Assembly (NCBI RefSeq): GCF_009914755.1 | Contig: NC_060940.1 | Strand: one strand, 5' to 3' | DNA length: 64,000 nucleotides | DNA from: the human T2T-CHM13v2.0 reference genome, Homo sapiens | Part shown: positions 29,601 through 45,379 of the stretch, piece after piece | Position numbering within the stretch: the first letter of the stretch is position 1 | Layout of the letters: every line of letters starts with the position of its first letter | Notes under the pieces: model-generated | What the model was told of the DNA's origin: nothing | Database searches by the model: none | What the model saw: the letters and a program-made list of their open reading frames with translations, nothing else | Program-made: the position numbers and the translations under genes

Positions 29601-30085
29601 CGTGCTGCCCAATATAAGTGTGAGTCATATATACAATTAAAATTTTCCTAGTAGTCACGTTAATAAAGTAAAAAGAAGCAGGAGAAGATAATTTTAACAA
29701 TATATTTTATTTAACTATATACATCCAAAATGTAATTTATGTAAACTATTGATGAGATATTTAACTTTTTTTCATGCTAAATCTTCAAAATCTGCTGTGT
29801 ATTTCATGCTTCCAGCACACATATCCCTATGGATGACAAATTTTCATCGGAAGTCTCTGACCTCTATTTAGATGTCATAAAATGTGTGATTGAAAGAGTA
29901 GATTCACATACTCAAGTTGTTCCAAGTATACAGTTATTTTCTACTAACTGAATTGAGTATGTGATTTTAGTTGTAAATTAATTGAAATGAAATGAAATAA
30001 AAAATTCAGTTCCACAGTTGCACTAGTCAAATATCAAATGCTCAGTAGCTACATGCAGCTAGTGGTTATTCTATTGGACGGCACG
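29601..30085. mobile_element. MER33/Charlie1-type hAT element
   Basis: Termini cgtgctgcccaata...tattggacggcacg and a typical AT-rich interior. Confidence 0.65.
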
Positions 30086-30740
30086 TGTATATAACCACCC
30101 CAGATCACAAATCAGCCTCCCTTCCCTGTTGTAAACAGGAGGTAGTCTTAAATAGAAATACAATGACGATACAAGAGTCACATTAAACTCCAGCTAGGTG
30201 CTGCTGCCTGCCAAGGTCTGGGCCCAAGGCCTGCTCTGTGTCTATTCAAAAGAGAGATTTAAACTGAGTGCAGTGGCATGTGTCTGTAGTCCTAGCTACT
30301 CAGGAGGCTGAGATGGGAGGATCCCTTGAGCCCAGGAGTTCAAGGCTGCAGTGAGCTATGAGTGAGCACTTCACTGCACTTCAGCCTGGGTGATAGAGTG
30401 AGCCCCTGTCTAAAAAATAAAAGAGGGAGATTTACCACATATTTAAAAAGGTGTTAAACATACACTAGCACCAAGCTGAAACTTTCCCTTTGATGGAATC
30501 AGAAGGACTAAGACAGCTGAAAAGAGATTCAATGCTACAGACTTGTACCACCTAAAATAATCCTATATACCAACAAAACAAACCAAAAATATCTAAGCAA
30601 TCGTTCTGAGCTCTAAAATCTCCCAGGCTCTTTTTCCTTTACTCCTTTTGCTTCCTCCTAAGAGACTGCTAGCAGTGTGATTTCGTGAAAAGTGAACTGA
30701 GACTTGGGAAAAGTAAGTTCTGGTTAAGACTCTGCTATTC

Positions 30741-31103
30741 TGTATTAGTACGTTCTCACACTGCTATAAAGACATACCTGAGACTAGGTAATTTATAAAG
30801 GAAAGAGATTTAATTGACTCACAGTTCCACATGGCTGGGGAGGCCTCAGGAAACTTACAATCATGGTGGAAGGTGAAGGGGAAGAAAAGACCTGCTTCAC
30901 ATGGTGGCAGGAAAGAGAGAGCTAGCAAAAGCAGGGAAAACTGCCTTATAAAATCATTGGATCTCATGAGAACTCACTTTCTATCATGAGAAAAGATTAA
31001 GCAACCCTTAATCTAATAATTTTCCACCAGGTCACTCCCTAATCCCTTGGGGATTACAATTCAAGATGAGATTTGGATGGGGACACAAACCTCAACCATA
31101 TCA
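30741..31103 (-). mobile_element. MST (MaLR) solo LTR
   Basis: tgtattagt...ggcctcaggaaacttacaatcatgg...aaccatatca. Confidence 0.85.
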
Positions 31104-31128
31104 CATTCCTAGCTCTGCAGATTCCTCA

Positions 31129-31465
<337 letters not shown>

Positions 31466-32496
31466 GTTAAATAAGTTAATGCATTTGAAGTGTTTTGAAG
31501 CATTCTTAGCACATAGTAATGGCTAGTACCAGACATTGTGCCCCAGGCAGCCCTGAATTATCTCATTTCAGCTACACCATGAACCCTGTGAAAAAGGGAT
31601 TCTTATACCCATTCTGCAGATAGGAACACTGAGGCTCCGAAAGGGTGAAGCCACTTGCCAGAGCCCCATTAACAGGAAACAACGAGGCGGGAATTTGAAC
31701 CCAGGTCTGAGGAGTACAGAGCCTACATCCTGATCCACCATGCTGGCAGGTTCTAAGGACACTTCCTGTTCCAAAACAAAATGGTGGATTTGTGTTTCAA
31801 GATGTTGTTAGCATGCAATGTGTGGTATTTTTTGGAGCTCTTTATTCCAGCTTATCCCAAATCCCTGGTTTCATGGGTTGGCATGCTTTTCCACTTTAGC
31901 CACATATTTCTCTGTGTCTCCATCCCTGTTTTTCCTCGATCCTCCCTCTAGATTCTTCTTCTTTTTTTTTCTCCACTTGCTGTGACCCCATTGGTGTTTT
32001 TTGGTGCTTGTTGCAGCTTTCCCAACCCCTGAGTTTGTGAATTGGCAGCGTGCTGGGCCATATCAAGCCTGCAGATATGTTTGGTTTGGCTCACAAAGTG
32101 CTGGCTCACATAGTGTTTTTGAAATTTTTGAATTAGTTGCCAACATGTGAAACAATGGACATTTCATATAAAAATCTGGATTTCTAGATTTTTTGAACAA
32201 CTTGGCAACACTAAACCACCGGCTGGAAAGCTGAGTGGCAGTGGCACTTTGTAGCTCCCTCAGTCCCTATCTTTCCTGTTGTGGTCACTCCCACTTCTCT
32301 CGACCTGGTCTGAAGGTTGGTTATCATTGAGGAGCGTTTGCTGCTGTTTTCTTACATGAAAGCTGAGAAGCAGTACTGAATACTGCCCTGTCATTTCTTC
32401 ACTGTGTGACCTTGGGGAAGTGTCTCAAAGTTCTCACCTGAAAAATGGGTATAATACATGCCTCAAAGAATCGTCAAAGAATCATAAGTTAAATGA

Positions 32497-32859
<363 letters not shown>

Positions 32860-33102
32860 CTATAAGTGTGTCAGCAATTATTAAGAGAAATAGTTTGTTT
32901 TTTTGTTTGTTTTGTACATCTGTCTCTATAACTGAGAAAAAATAGAGATGAGGAGAGCCACAGCCTTTCAGAAAAACCGCAGAGAAGCATGATTCTTTGG
33001 GTAAGTGAAGCATTTCTTAAAAACTAGACTACTTTGTTCATTTACATTATCTGACTGCTCCGTTTAAATATTTGAATTGAAGACACCTGGCCACTATCAT
33101 TT

Positions 33103-33123
33103 CATGGTGCCCTCTGCAGGGCT
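33103..33123 (-). promoter_or_regulatory. Candidate CTCF site
   Basis: Minus strand CCTGCAGAGGGCAC (33120-33107) matches CCASYAGRKGGCRS at 13/14 positions, in apparently non-repeat sequence. Confidence 0.45.
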
Positions 33124-34416
33124 GGCATTGGCTATCACCATTTGCCAATATGTTTCAGATCCACACGGAGGTTCAGTGGCAGGACCCTTTCTGTTCATGA
33201 TTCTGACTGCATTATCCAGGACAACCTTGCTGGTGGAGTTTGTCGGTCTCTGCCAGCTGTAGCTGAAGGCCATTTCATGTTCTGCACTGATATTATTTCT
33301 AGGAGTTTCACTGAATCACAGGCAACTCTTTTAGGGGGACAAATTCCCTAGGCTTATGATGGAATTGATTGCTTAATCTATTGGATCATTCTCTTGTAGT
33401 TTGCCAGGGCATGTTGTTTCATTTCCACTTTGAGTGAAATTGTGGATTCATGGAAAAGACCTATGCACAGAGTGATGTGTGGCTACAGGCCATTTATAAG
33501 GCTTGAGCACGTGGACATGTTAGACAATAAAACAATGCGAGTTACTATTTGCCGAGCTCCTACAATGTGTGAGGCACTGTGAGAAGCCTTTGCATATTTT
33601 ATTTCTAATCGTCACAGCAACCAATCCAGGGCACAGAAGGTTAATAGCATTTATTGAACTCTTACTCTATGTGAGAGTGAACACGTGCCGAGAATAGTGC
33701 TAAGCATTCTTGTAATTTCATTTAATCCTCAAAACAGCCCAATGAGAGAAGTATTGTTATTCCATCTCACAGCTGAAGAAACTGAGGCTCAGAGAAGGTG
33801 AGAAATTTGCCCATGGTCACAGATTAGCAGTCAGGGGCACAGGATTCAAACCCAGTCAGTTTGACTTCAGAGACCACTGGGCTTAACTGCTAAACTCAAC
33901 TGCCCACTTTCTTGCAGATGGGAAAACCGGGGCTCAGAGAGGTGAAGTGTTATACCTGCGATCACACAGCAAACATGGTTTAGAAACAGAATTTAAATCC
34001 ACATCCAGTTCCAAAGCAATGTATTTTACACTCAATCTCACAAAGCAAAACTAACATGATCGTTACAGAAACTAAGCAGGAGCGAAAACTACAAAAATGC
34101 TGTACTGGATCCCAGCCCAAAGCCAGCCCAGGCAGCCTCCAGCATAGCTACATCATTGGTCTATGCTCATGTCCTGTCCATGGGGCCATGTCTCCAACTA
34201 TAGCAACACAGCAGAACCTGGCTCTCCTGGGCCTTTGAGAGACCCATTAATAATAACTCGGCCAAGGTCACACAGTGAGTTATTGCCAGAGCAAACCTGG
34301 AATGATGAAGTGCTCTTTTTCTCACTGCTATAACAGGAGTCCTATGGTCAAATGTGCCTAAGGACGAGTCATGCAGTATACAAAGGTCAATTAGGCACGC
34401 CATTAGAGACTATTCA

Positions 34417-34848
<432 letters not shown>

Positions 34849-35279
34849 TTAATATATTAAGTGGAAAAAGAGTAAATGTGGGACAGTGTGTATAATGTGC
34901 TCATTTTAGGGACAGTGAAAAAAAAGGGAGAGTTGAAATCCATAATTGATATTTTCTCGGATATGCATGAAGATACCCTGAAAGAATACATAAGAAACTA
35001 AAATACTAATAACAGTGGTTACCTCTGTGATGGTGGGTTTGAGAAGTGGTGAACAGGAGAAAGTGATGGAAGGGAGACTTTCCAATGTGTGCCTGTTTAT
35101 ATTTTTAGGCTTTGAGTCACATGAATATCATTATCTATTTAATGCAAAAAAAAAAAAAAGAAGAAAGGAGAAATAAAATAAAGCAAGCAGCTATTCCTCA
35201 GCTCCAGAAAATTGCTGTCTTGTGGGCATGTGAATCTAATGTGAATTCTTCTGGTGTTTTTAAGGGAACTTGGAAATCT

Positions 35280-36050
35280 ATTTTTTAAAATTTCCAGTTT
35301 TTAATTTCAAATTATTCACTGGTAGTATATAAAAATACAATAGGTTTTTACATACTAACCATGTATCTTGCAAACACGCTGAACTCATTTATTAGTTCTT
35401 AGGAGTTTTTGTGGTGTGGAGTCTTTGTGATTTTCTAGGAAGGCCATTGTATCATCTGTGAACCGAAACTGCTGAATTCCTTCCTTTCTGTATAAATTTT
35501 ATTTCTTTTTCTTGCCTTATTGCACTGGCTAGGACTTCTTCCAGTATGATGTTTAATAGGAGTGGTGAGAGCAGTCATCCTTGCCTTGTTCTAGATCTTA
35601 GGGAAAAAGCATTCAGTTTTTTCATCATTAAATGTGTTGTAAGACATAAGTTATTTATAGATGCCCTTTATCAAGTTAAAGAAGTTATTTTTCTTTTCCT
35701 AGTTTGATGAGTTTTTATCACAAATCGATGTTAAATTTTGTCAAGTGCTTTTTCTGCATCTATTGAGATGGATCACATGCCTTAAAATTTTTTTTTTTTT
35801 TAGTTTGTTAATATGATGAGTTATACTGAGTGATTTTCACATGTCGAACCAGTGTTGTATTCCTGGGATAAACTCAAGTTGATTCTGACATGTTATTCCT
35901 CTTATATATTGCTGGATTAGATTTGCTAATATTTTGTTGATGATTTTTGTGTCTATGTTCATGAGGAACATTGGGTTGTAGTTTTCTTTTTTTGTAATGT
36001 CTTTGTCCGGTTTTGATAAAGCTGGCGTCACAAAGTGAGTTGGGATTTTT
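35280..36050 (-). mobile_element. Decayed L1M ORF2 (reverse transcriptase region)
   Basis: ORF 35837-36031 KPDKDITKKENYNPMFLMNIDTKIINKILANLIQQ...FIPGIQHWF resembles L1 ORF2p [27 protein letters not shown]...FIPGMQGWF. Confidence 0.88.
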
Positions 36051-39000
36051 TCCTAATTTTTAAATGATGAAAAAATAACGTATAGAGTGCTTACCATATT
36101 CCAGGCATTGTGCTCAGTGCTTAGCCCATTTAATCTTCACAGCAACCCTATGAACTGTAGACTATTCTTATAATCACTCCCAGTTTAAAGTTGGAGAAAC
36201 TGAGGCACAGACTGGTTAAAGTCACTTGCCCAAGGTCATATAACTTGTAAGCAGCACAGCCAGGACTCAGACCCCAGAGGTCCAGCTCCAGAGTGTGTCC
36301 TTTTAACCTGTTTATTCCATTTTCTCTCATTAAAGATGTTTACAAGGTAAAGAAAACATATCTGCAGGCCTCAGTCCAGCTGACCGATCACCAGTTTTCT
36401 ACTTCTAGTTGACAACAATGGTAACTACCATGCGTCAGGCTTATTTACTATCTGCCAGGCTACAGACTCATCATCTGCCTTCATCTTGCACCAACTCTCA
36501 AAGGCACATGTTACAGATGTTATCATTCTCACTTGGCAGTGGTGGAAATGCACCCTTCTGCTGGGCGGCATGCAGTTTCAAGCTATCATCTCTTTCCTCA
36601 CCTTGTCTTTCTGCACATCCACGGCACTCTTTAGAAGGTAATTTTTTTTTAAATCTCTCAAATCTCAGTTTAATTTCACACTGCTCCTTCCTTATCAAGC
36701 TGGCCCACCCATCCTCCCTCTCACTGTCTTCCCCCAGGGGCTCAAGTTCATCATTTTCTCCTGCATTGCTGTCTCTTTTGTACTGTCTCATTCCAGTTGG
36801 TCCAATGAGTGTCCCAAATCCTTGCTTTTTGGCTCTGCTGACTTATTTTGTGTGTCTCGAGAAGTGAGAAACGTCTTTCTTACTTAAAAAGGAGGAGGAA
36901 AGGGGGAAAGAGATGGAGTTTTAGGAATAGGTGGGACACCGATTTTCTCCACAGAGCACAGAAAGGAGGGACAGAGGTTAGTTCAAACAACTGCCTGGCA
37001 TTAATGAAGGTGAAGCCATACAACAAAATTGCACTGTTTGCCTTATTGCACTGTTTAATAAGGCAGCATGTTTGCATGCTGGCTTGACTGTGCGACAGTA
37101 GATAAGATGCTTCGTTTTTCTGAGTCTCAGTTTGTTCATTGTAAAATGAGTTCAAAGACAGGTATAGGTCGCAGAGGTGTGGCAGGGATTAAGTGTAATA
37201 ATATAGGTGACAGAGATCCAGTGTGGAGAAGGCACTGAGTGAGGAATAAGTGCTTTTCTTGGACAAGGCACTGTGCTAAGCCATTTTTACATAGATGATC
37301 TTATTTCATATATACCACCTGTGTGGGTAAGAGGTACTACTGTTGCCCCCATTTTGCAGATGGGGAAAATTATGATGAAGAGAGGTGAAGAGTTCTTAAG
37401 TGGCAAAGCTGTACCCATATTTCACATTAGAATTTCTTCGATCCTACACCAACCAGTTAAAAATTAGACTGTCTGGGGCAATCCCCTAGCTCTTCCTCCC
37501 AACCTAGAGACCGAAGGTAGTCAGAGACATCCACCACTTTCCTGTGATACTAGCTCTGCTGTTGCTAAACATTCAGGCGCTCCCCATCCATCCCTCAGTT
37601 CCCACCCATGTCTCCAACAACTACTGCGAGAATTTGGGAAACTTGGGGTGAGTCCACTGCCAGGAATAGTGATTCAATTAAAATCTCAGTTTTCAACAAT
37701 ATGAGCAAGAGCTGTGGTCTGTTACTCCACACCCAGCAAAGCTGCGTCTCCCAGTCAGTGGTGGAGTAATGAGAGTTTGCTAATTGCTGGTGGCTGGGGA
37801 AGGGAGGTGATGGGTGGGGACCACTGTGGTGAGCTCAACACGCAGAGTTACATGCTGACCTGAATGCTTTCTTCTGTGTATCTCAGTCCCTCCTCTGGTC
37901 ACTGGTGGGGCTGAGCAAGCAGACCGCCCTCCTTACAACTTGATCGGCTTCATGATATCTATGACCACAGCAGTGCAGTGTCAATAAATGAATGTCAGGC
38001 ACCAAGGCGAGCATTTCGCTAGTGCCATCATCTGCAGCAACATCCTTACTTCTCAACACCACTCCAGGGGATAGCTACCCTCATAATTCCCATTTTACTG
38101 CTGTGGAAACTGAGGCACAGAGACATGAAAAGCTTGCAACCTCACCCCAGCAGAATCTGGATTAACATTCACTCTTCATTGCCAGGACATGCTTGTCTCC
38201 CCTTACGGTTTTAAGAGAATGACTTAAAGAATTCACCTTTGAACCAGCCTTGTGGGCTGTTAACAAAACTGCTAGCAGACCAAGACTTTTGGATAAGCCT
38301 GGCCTCCCCAGTCATTCTTCTTTAGGTTGCTTGGTCCTTACGCATCCATCTGCTGTCTTTGGAATCATGCGCTTGCATTTGGGAGCTCCTGGAACTCAGA
38401 GACTGCATCCTAGGACTTTGTGTCCTTTTGACACCCAGTTAATACTTAGCATACCATAGTGGCCAAAACTATTAGTTGAGGGTATGAAGACATCAACAAC
38501 AGCTAAATCCTAATCCTAGCTTCATCCTTTTAAGTTCCCAAACTCTGGGCTAAGCCTGTGGCTAGCATAGTGCCTGGCATACAGTAGATGTCAATGCTGT
38601 GTGTCAGGAAGGCCCTAGCTGGCATAGGAGTTGGGATGTGAAGGTGCGAGGTACCTTGGCTTCCACCTTGAGGTCTTTAAAGGCCTAAGTTTTTCCTCAT
38701 TTTCTCCATCCTCTTGTCCCTGCTTTGAACTCTTGAAGGGTCAACCTCTGCTTGTCTTTGTCTCTGTCCCTTAAATGGTTTCATTAGAAAAGCCTGGGAT
38801 AGTGAGTGAGTGAGTGGCTACCTCACTCAGTAGAGGAGGTGCAAGGGTGGGTGGATTGTTGGGGGGACATTCTGATGGGAATGCTGAGGGGGAAAGAGGT
38901 TCTGACACTTTTCCAGTTCAGCAAGCATCATCAAATAACCAACCTTCTCAAAAACTCATTTCCCAAAACAGTGCTCTGGGGAGAGAAGCTCCGAAGGGCT

Positions 39001-40187
39001 GAAGCGGGGAGGTGGAACCTGGACTAAAATCAATCCCAGCTCAAGGTAATTACAGGACATGTGCTACCACCCCGGCAGGGCAAGTCAGAGGCTGAGCTGC
39101 TCTCCTAGGGCAGCCGTGGCGATTAGTTAGGAATAAAAGCCTCATCACTGGCTTGGGGAGAGAGGCTCACACATTAGTAAACTTGCGCTTTCTCATGCCT
39201 GCCAAATTTGGGAGGGGGGATTTATTGAAACAATCTCATCAGGGGCCCTGACTGCCAAGTTGAATGTTTGGGAAAGGAAATCTCAGCCAGGCTCTCAGAA
39301 ATCCAGCTCCCAAGTTCCCAGGATCGCAAGATGCTAAGGTTCGCAGACTAAGAGATGACTAGGGAGATGATGCTAAGATTTCAGGCTGTACACTGGATTT
39401 TTTTTCTCTCTTTCTCTCTGCTTCTTTCAGTCCCTCTCTCCTCTCTGCATGCAAGTAATCTTTAGGGATCTATTTGTCACCAAGACTGCCTGCAAGGAGG
39501 GTCCACCCAAAGCTGGAGCCCCAGGAAAAAAGCTTTCTCTCTCTCTCGCTCTCTCTCGCACACGGCCCAGGCAAGCACTCCCTCCTTCTCGGCAGCTCAG
39601 CTCTCTTCAGGAATTCAGGACAAGTCTCAGCCACACTTTGGAAAGGACATTAAGATGTGGGACCAGCCAGACATCCACAGCAGCCGTGAGCTGCCCAGGG
39701 TGGGTAGACCTGGAGGCCAAGCCAGGGGGCCAGGCATGTCCTCAAGGAGACTGTGACCCCCTGAGGTGGCAGCCACCGCAGGCTGCCCTGTGTGTCTCTG
39801 CACCCTTGCCCTGGCCAGGGCATGGTCCCAGAGCCAACCCCTGATTCTCCTTAGCCAGCTGGGAGACCCTTTTCTTGCTAGGCATTCTTTCTCCATTCCA
39901 GTGCCCCCCGAGCAAGAGAGTGCTCAATGTCAGGGTCTCCAGCTTCATCTCGTGTCAGGCGGGGACACGCAGAGGGGCAGAGGTGCCCCAAGTGGGGTGG
40001 ACGTGCAGGGGCCACGGGAGAAGGGAAGCCTCCACGAAGCCTTCTGTCCAGAACATGCAGTCAAGCCAAACACACACAAAGCCCTCTACGCCCCCACCCC
40101 ATGAAAGCCGCCCCCTCCAGATGCGCGCACAAATGCACCTTCGAATCCATGCTCACATGCCCAGCCCATCGCCCGCCGTCACAGTCA

Positions 40188-40239
40188 TCACACACACACA
40201 CACACACACACGCTCGCGCGCGCACACACACACACACAC
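40188..40239. repeat. (CA)n-(CG)n-(CA)n alternating purine-pyrimidine tract
   Basis: Directly visible. Confidence 0.92.
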
Positions 40240-40310
40240 GGTCCCCAGCTAGGGCACAGCAACTTCCTTTCCCCCCGTGTGGAAATATCCATAGTTGCCC
40301 TTAAAGCTTA

Positions 40311-40830
<520 letters not shown>

Positions 40831-40891
40831 CCCACCTCGGACCCGCTCCACTCCCGCCTCAAAGCCGGGGGGCTGGGACGCCGCTCCCCGC

Positions 40892-40901
40892 AGCCAATCA
40901 G
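40892..40901 (+). promoter_or_regulatory. NF-Y CCAAT box
   Basis: AGCCAATCAG matches the NF-Y consensus RRCCAATSR and lies about 340 nt upstream of the ATG, inverted relative to the gene. Confidence 0.6.
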
Positions 40902-41829
40902 CGGCTGCCTGGAAGCGGAGTGTGTGTGGGGTGGGAGGGATGCGGAAGAGGAGGGGGTCCCAGCCGCCTCGCTTGGCTCCACTTTCAGGGGAGAAGATGC
41001 AGTTAGACCTGGGAGCCCCGAAGGAAGACCGGAGTGGAAAACAGGCTATCCCCAATCTCCAACCCCGAGGGAGGGGCGTGGTGTGGGTAGGATCTGCCTC
41101 TCCCGCAGCGGCTCCTCACTCCTCCAGCGTGTCCTCAGTTTGCCTTTCTCCACTCTCCTCGCAGCCACCTCTCTTGCCCCTCTCCAATGCTTCCAGTCCA
41201 TCTCCGGATAGAGGATTCTATACCTAGGGCAAAGAACGGGGGAAGGGGTGGGGCTGTTGGAGCAGCGAGGATGCTAAAGCGTTGTCGGTTTTCCTCGACA
41301 AGGGAAGCTGAGCTTGCTGGCTCTGGAAAGAGGGGTGCGTGCCTCCCTGTGCGTGTGTGTGGCGACTCTGGGGGTGGCCGCCGGTGAACTGTCCCCTAAC
41401 TGGAGTGCGTTTGAAGAGGATACAGACTGGCTAAGAGAAGCCCCTCCTGCATGCCGCCCTTCAGTCAGGAATAAGGATGTTGCAGACACTCAAACACGCA
41501 CTCGCCCACGCTCACACAAAGACACACAATACCCAGGCATGCGGTGTACTCACACGCTCACTCAGGCACGCGGATGCTCTCCCATCCCACACCCAGACCC
41601 TTGAAAACACGCAGGCATCCTCATCACCATGCACAAGACCACACTCACAGGGCGCTCCAAACATACGAAAACGCACGCGGGAGTCATGGGGGCTTGTCGA
41701 GAGTGCTTGAAGGTTGTGTGAAGGGTAGCATTTGTAAGGCAGGTGGGATCCAAGCAATGTGTGGGTGGGTGGTCCTTTCTCCTCAGGGCAGGCAGGTGGA
41801 GGGTTCCGGGTGTGGCCACCACAGACTTG

Positions 41830-41842
41830 AGGAGAAAGAGAG

Positions 41843-41882
<40 letters not shown>

Positions 41883-41907
41883 GAGAGAGAGAGAGAGAGA
41901 GAGAGGG
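41830..41907. repeat. (GA)n-rich repeat
   Basis: Directly visible. Confidence 0.92.
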
Positions 41908-43908
41908 ACATAGTGTCTGTCTGGGGCTCAAGACAGTGAGTGTGAGAGAGTTAAAGATTCTGCAGGAACACCCAGGCCAGGCATCCCCAGGAGCAGACTG
42001 TAGCAGCTGCCTATGCAAAGAGCTGTGATGGGTCTGAGAAGCCTAAGACCCCCCGCCCTCAAACCCCCCACTCCCGCTGCTTCCCAACGCCCCTCACCCC
42101 TATATCACATCCATTCCTGGAGAGAAGGAACTGGCTAAGCTTTCCCCAGCCTCTTCCAGGTCTCCCAACGTGGAGCAGACCCCTGTCCCTCAAGACCAGC
42201 AAAGAGCATGTATCCAGTTCTTGTCTTTGTTAGAGGTTACCCCAGGCAGGGATGGGGGACACTCTAGGGCAGAGTGGAAATCTCCAAAGCATACAGAGTC
42301 AGGCAGTCTGCATAAGGGGGGCATCTACTGGATCTAGCTGGGTCTGTGGTAAGCAAGGAGGCACGTGGCCCCACAAAAGGGCAGATTAGAGTCACATGGA
42401 CCCAGCCCAGTGAGGCCAGGTCTGAGATTTCAAGCCCCATTAGATACTGAAATTTTATTATGACCTCTCTCGATTAAATATGACTACTGCAAACACAAAG
42501 AAAACGAGAACACCGCTGCATTGATGAATAAAGCAGTGGCTGGCCATTGTAGAAGCTCAATAAATAATTGTTCAAAAACCTATAGATTGGATTGGTCTGC
42601 AGGCAGCTAGACTGAGATGAGAAGTTGGGGATAGCCAGGGGCGGGGGAAATGTATGTGATCTGACAAAGCCCTCCTAGTCTCTTCAAAGATGCCCTCTGC
42701 ATTGGGAATGATGGATAAGGCTTCTGGGCTTTTGCACTGGCCATTCCCTTTGCCTGGAATGTTCTTCCTCTGCACAGCTACAGAAAGCTGTTTCCTCACC
42801 TTCTTAGGGTCTTTGCTTATCCGTCCTTTTCTCTTTGAAGCTTTCCCTTATAATCCTATTTACATTGAAATCTCTACTCCCCTCCCTATTGAAATCTCTA
42901 TTCCTCTCCCACCTCAAAGTATTCACATCCTCTGTCCCTCGCTGCTTAATTTTTCTGCATAGTGTATAGCGCCATCAGCAGACCATACACGTTGTATTTA
43001 TTTACTTTTCTTTCTCTTAGAAAGGCAGGGCCTTTTGTCTGTGTCGTTCCTGGTTGCGTCTCAGCTTCGCACGGTGCCTGCATGCTGCAGACTCTCAACA
43101 GACATCGAAAGAATGAATGGACTCAGCACCCAGGGCCTGCAGGGAGATGAGTTTATCTTTGCTTGTCTTTGCAGGCCAGGGTCTCAGAATGCTGTTGGGG
43201 TTAGGGGGATTAAGCATATAATGATCATGTATGACAAGTCACTCCAAAAATGATTTGAGTGGTTTGAATTCACAGAACTACAAACTTGGCTAGGCAGAGG
43301 GACTGGACTGCATGGGAAATCTTGACGGACCTTATTGTGTCTGAATCTTTATTTCTCCGTGTAAAATGGGGATGAAAGAAATCAGGTATGCCTTTGTCCC
43401 AGGAATGCTGAGCTGGGAGAAAAAGAGGGGTGTGGTGCGTATGGTGCAGACTGCAGTTCTGGAGAATGGGGAATTGGATTGGGTCCTCTGCTGGCTCCAT
43501 CAGGAACACTGGCAGTTTGTCAAGGTCCAAGTTTCCTGGAAAATGGATAGTTTGGATGAGAAGATTTTTTATTTTTTTGAAGAGATGGTCTCACTATGTT
43601 GCGTGGACTTGTCTCAAACTCCTGCCTCAGCCTCTCAAAGTGCTGGGATTATGGTGATGAGCCAATGCACCTGGCCTGGATGAGAAGATCTTTAAAGACT
43701 TAAGTCAAGCTTTGAGTGTTCCTGGGTCCCAGGGAATGGGCAGGATGAGTTAACAACAAAAGTCTGTTTAATTTTGCTTAAGGGGCTCATCCACTTGATT
43801 GGTTCTGTATGACAATGGCAGACTCAGTTCAACAACAGTGGTTGGCTGAATTCATTCATTTATTCATTCTTTCAACAGAATGTTACCGGACACGTAACAT
43901 ATGCTGGT

Positions 43909-44086
43909 CAGGACCAGCCACATAATTTGCAAGGCCCAGTGCAAAATAAAAATGCGAGGTCTCTTGTTCAAAAATTATTAAGAATTTCAAGACACCAAGA
44001 GTAGAGCATTAAACCAAGCATGGAGCCCTTTCAAGCATGGGACCTTGAGTGACTACATAGGTCACACATCCATGAGGCCAGTCCGG
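43909..44086 (-). mobile_element. MER45A (hAT-Tip100)
   Basis: cataatttgcaaggcccagtgcaaaa...ttgttcaaaaattattaagaatttcaagac...agagcattaaaccaagc matches the reverse complement of MER45A as I recall it. Confidence 0.78.
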
Positions 44087-44587
44087 CTTAGGAGACACAG
44101 GTGAGTGATAAGAGTTAACATTTACTGAGGGTTTGTTAAGAGACAGCCACGACTTAACTCATTGCATCTTCATTATCACAATGGAAGGAAGGTATAATTA
44201 TTAGCCCCATTTCACAGATGAGAAAACCAAGGCAGAGAGAAGTTTAGTAATTTGCCCAAGAACACCTGGTTGGAATTGAATCCAAGGCAGTTGGCTCCAG
44301 AGCCTGTGCTGAAACCATCAGGAGCTCAGACTAGTGGAAGGATAGGTAAGTGATAGGAAACGTCACACACTGTCACGTAGGCTCTTTGTAACATGAAGGC
44401 AGGATCTTCATCTGTCTTATCCTTCACTGTATCCTTAGTGCCAAGAGCAGTGCCAGGTAGGTGTCCAGAAGTAAAACTTAGATTAGTTAATAAATAAATA
44501 TAATAGAAATATATACAGAATTTTAGAGGAGGAGTTTCACACTTGAATGCCTGTGAGCCTGGGCAGGTAATAAATATTCTTCACTGT

Positions 44588-45140
<553 letters not shown>

Positions 45141-45379
45141 ACATTCTTCACTTTCATAGGAAATATGCTATCTCCCATTTTTCCTGGAAACTCTTGGTCC
45201 TCTTGGTCTAGATTCTGTTTCTCCACCCTTTGATAGAGGTGGCGGTATGAAGGGATAATTCTTTAAGATAAACAACAACATAAACATAACTTAAATTGCA
45301 ACTAACACTTTACTCAGAGTTTGGAAGGCAATAGGGAGTAGTGGGGACTGTAACAAACTAGATATGCATACGCTAGTCA

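Noticed and set aside
35837-36031. Reverse-transcriptase-like ORF
   Set aside because: Decayed L1 ORF2 fragment, not a new RT system.
44098-44351. Consensus + strand donors CAG|GTGAGT (44101) and TAG|GTAAGT (44346) suggesting a divergent lncRNA
   Set aside because: They lie among MER45/MIR/L2 remnants; no matching acceptor or exon structure can be supported from sequence alone.
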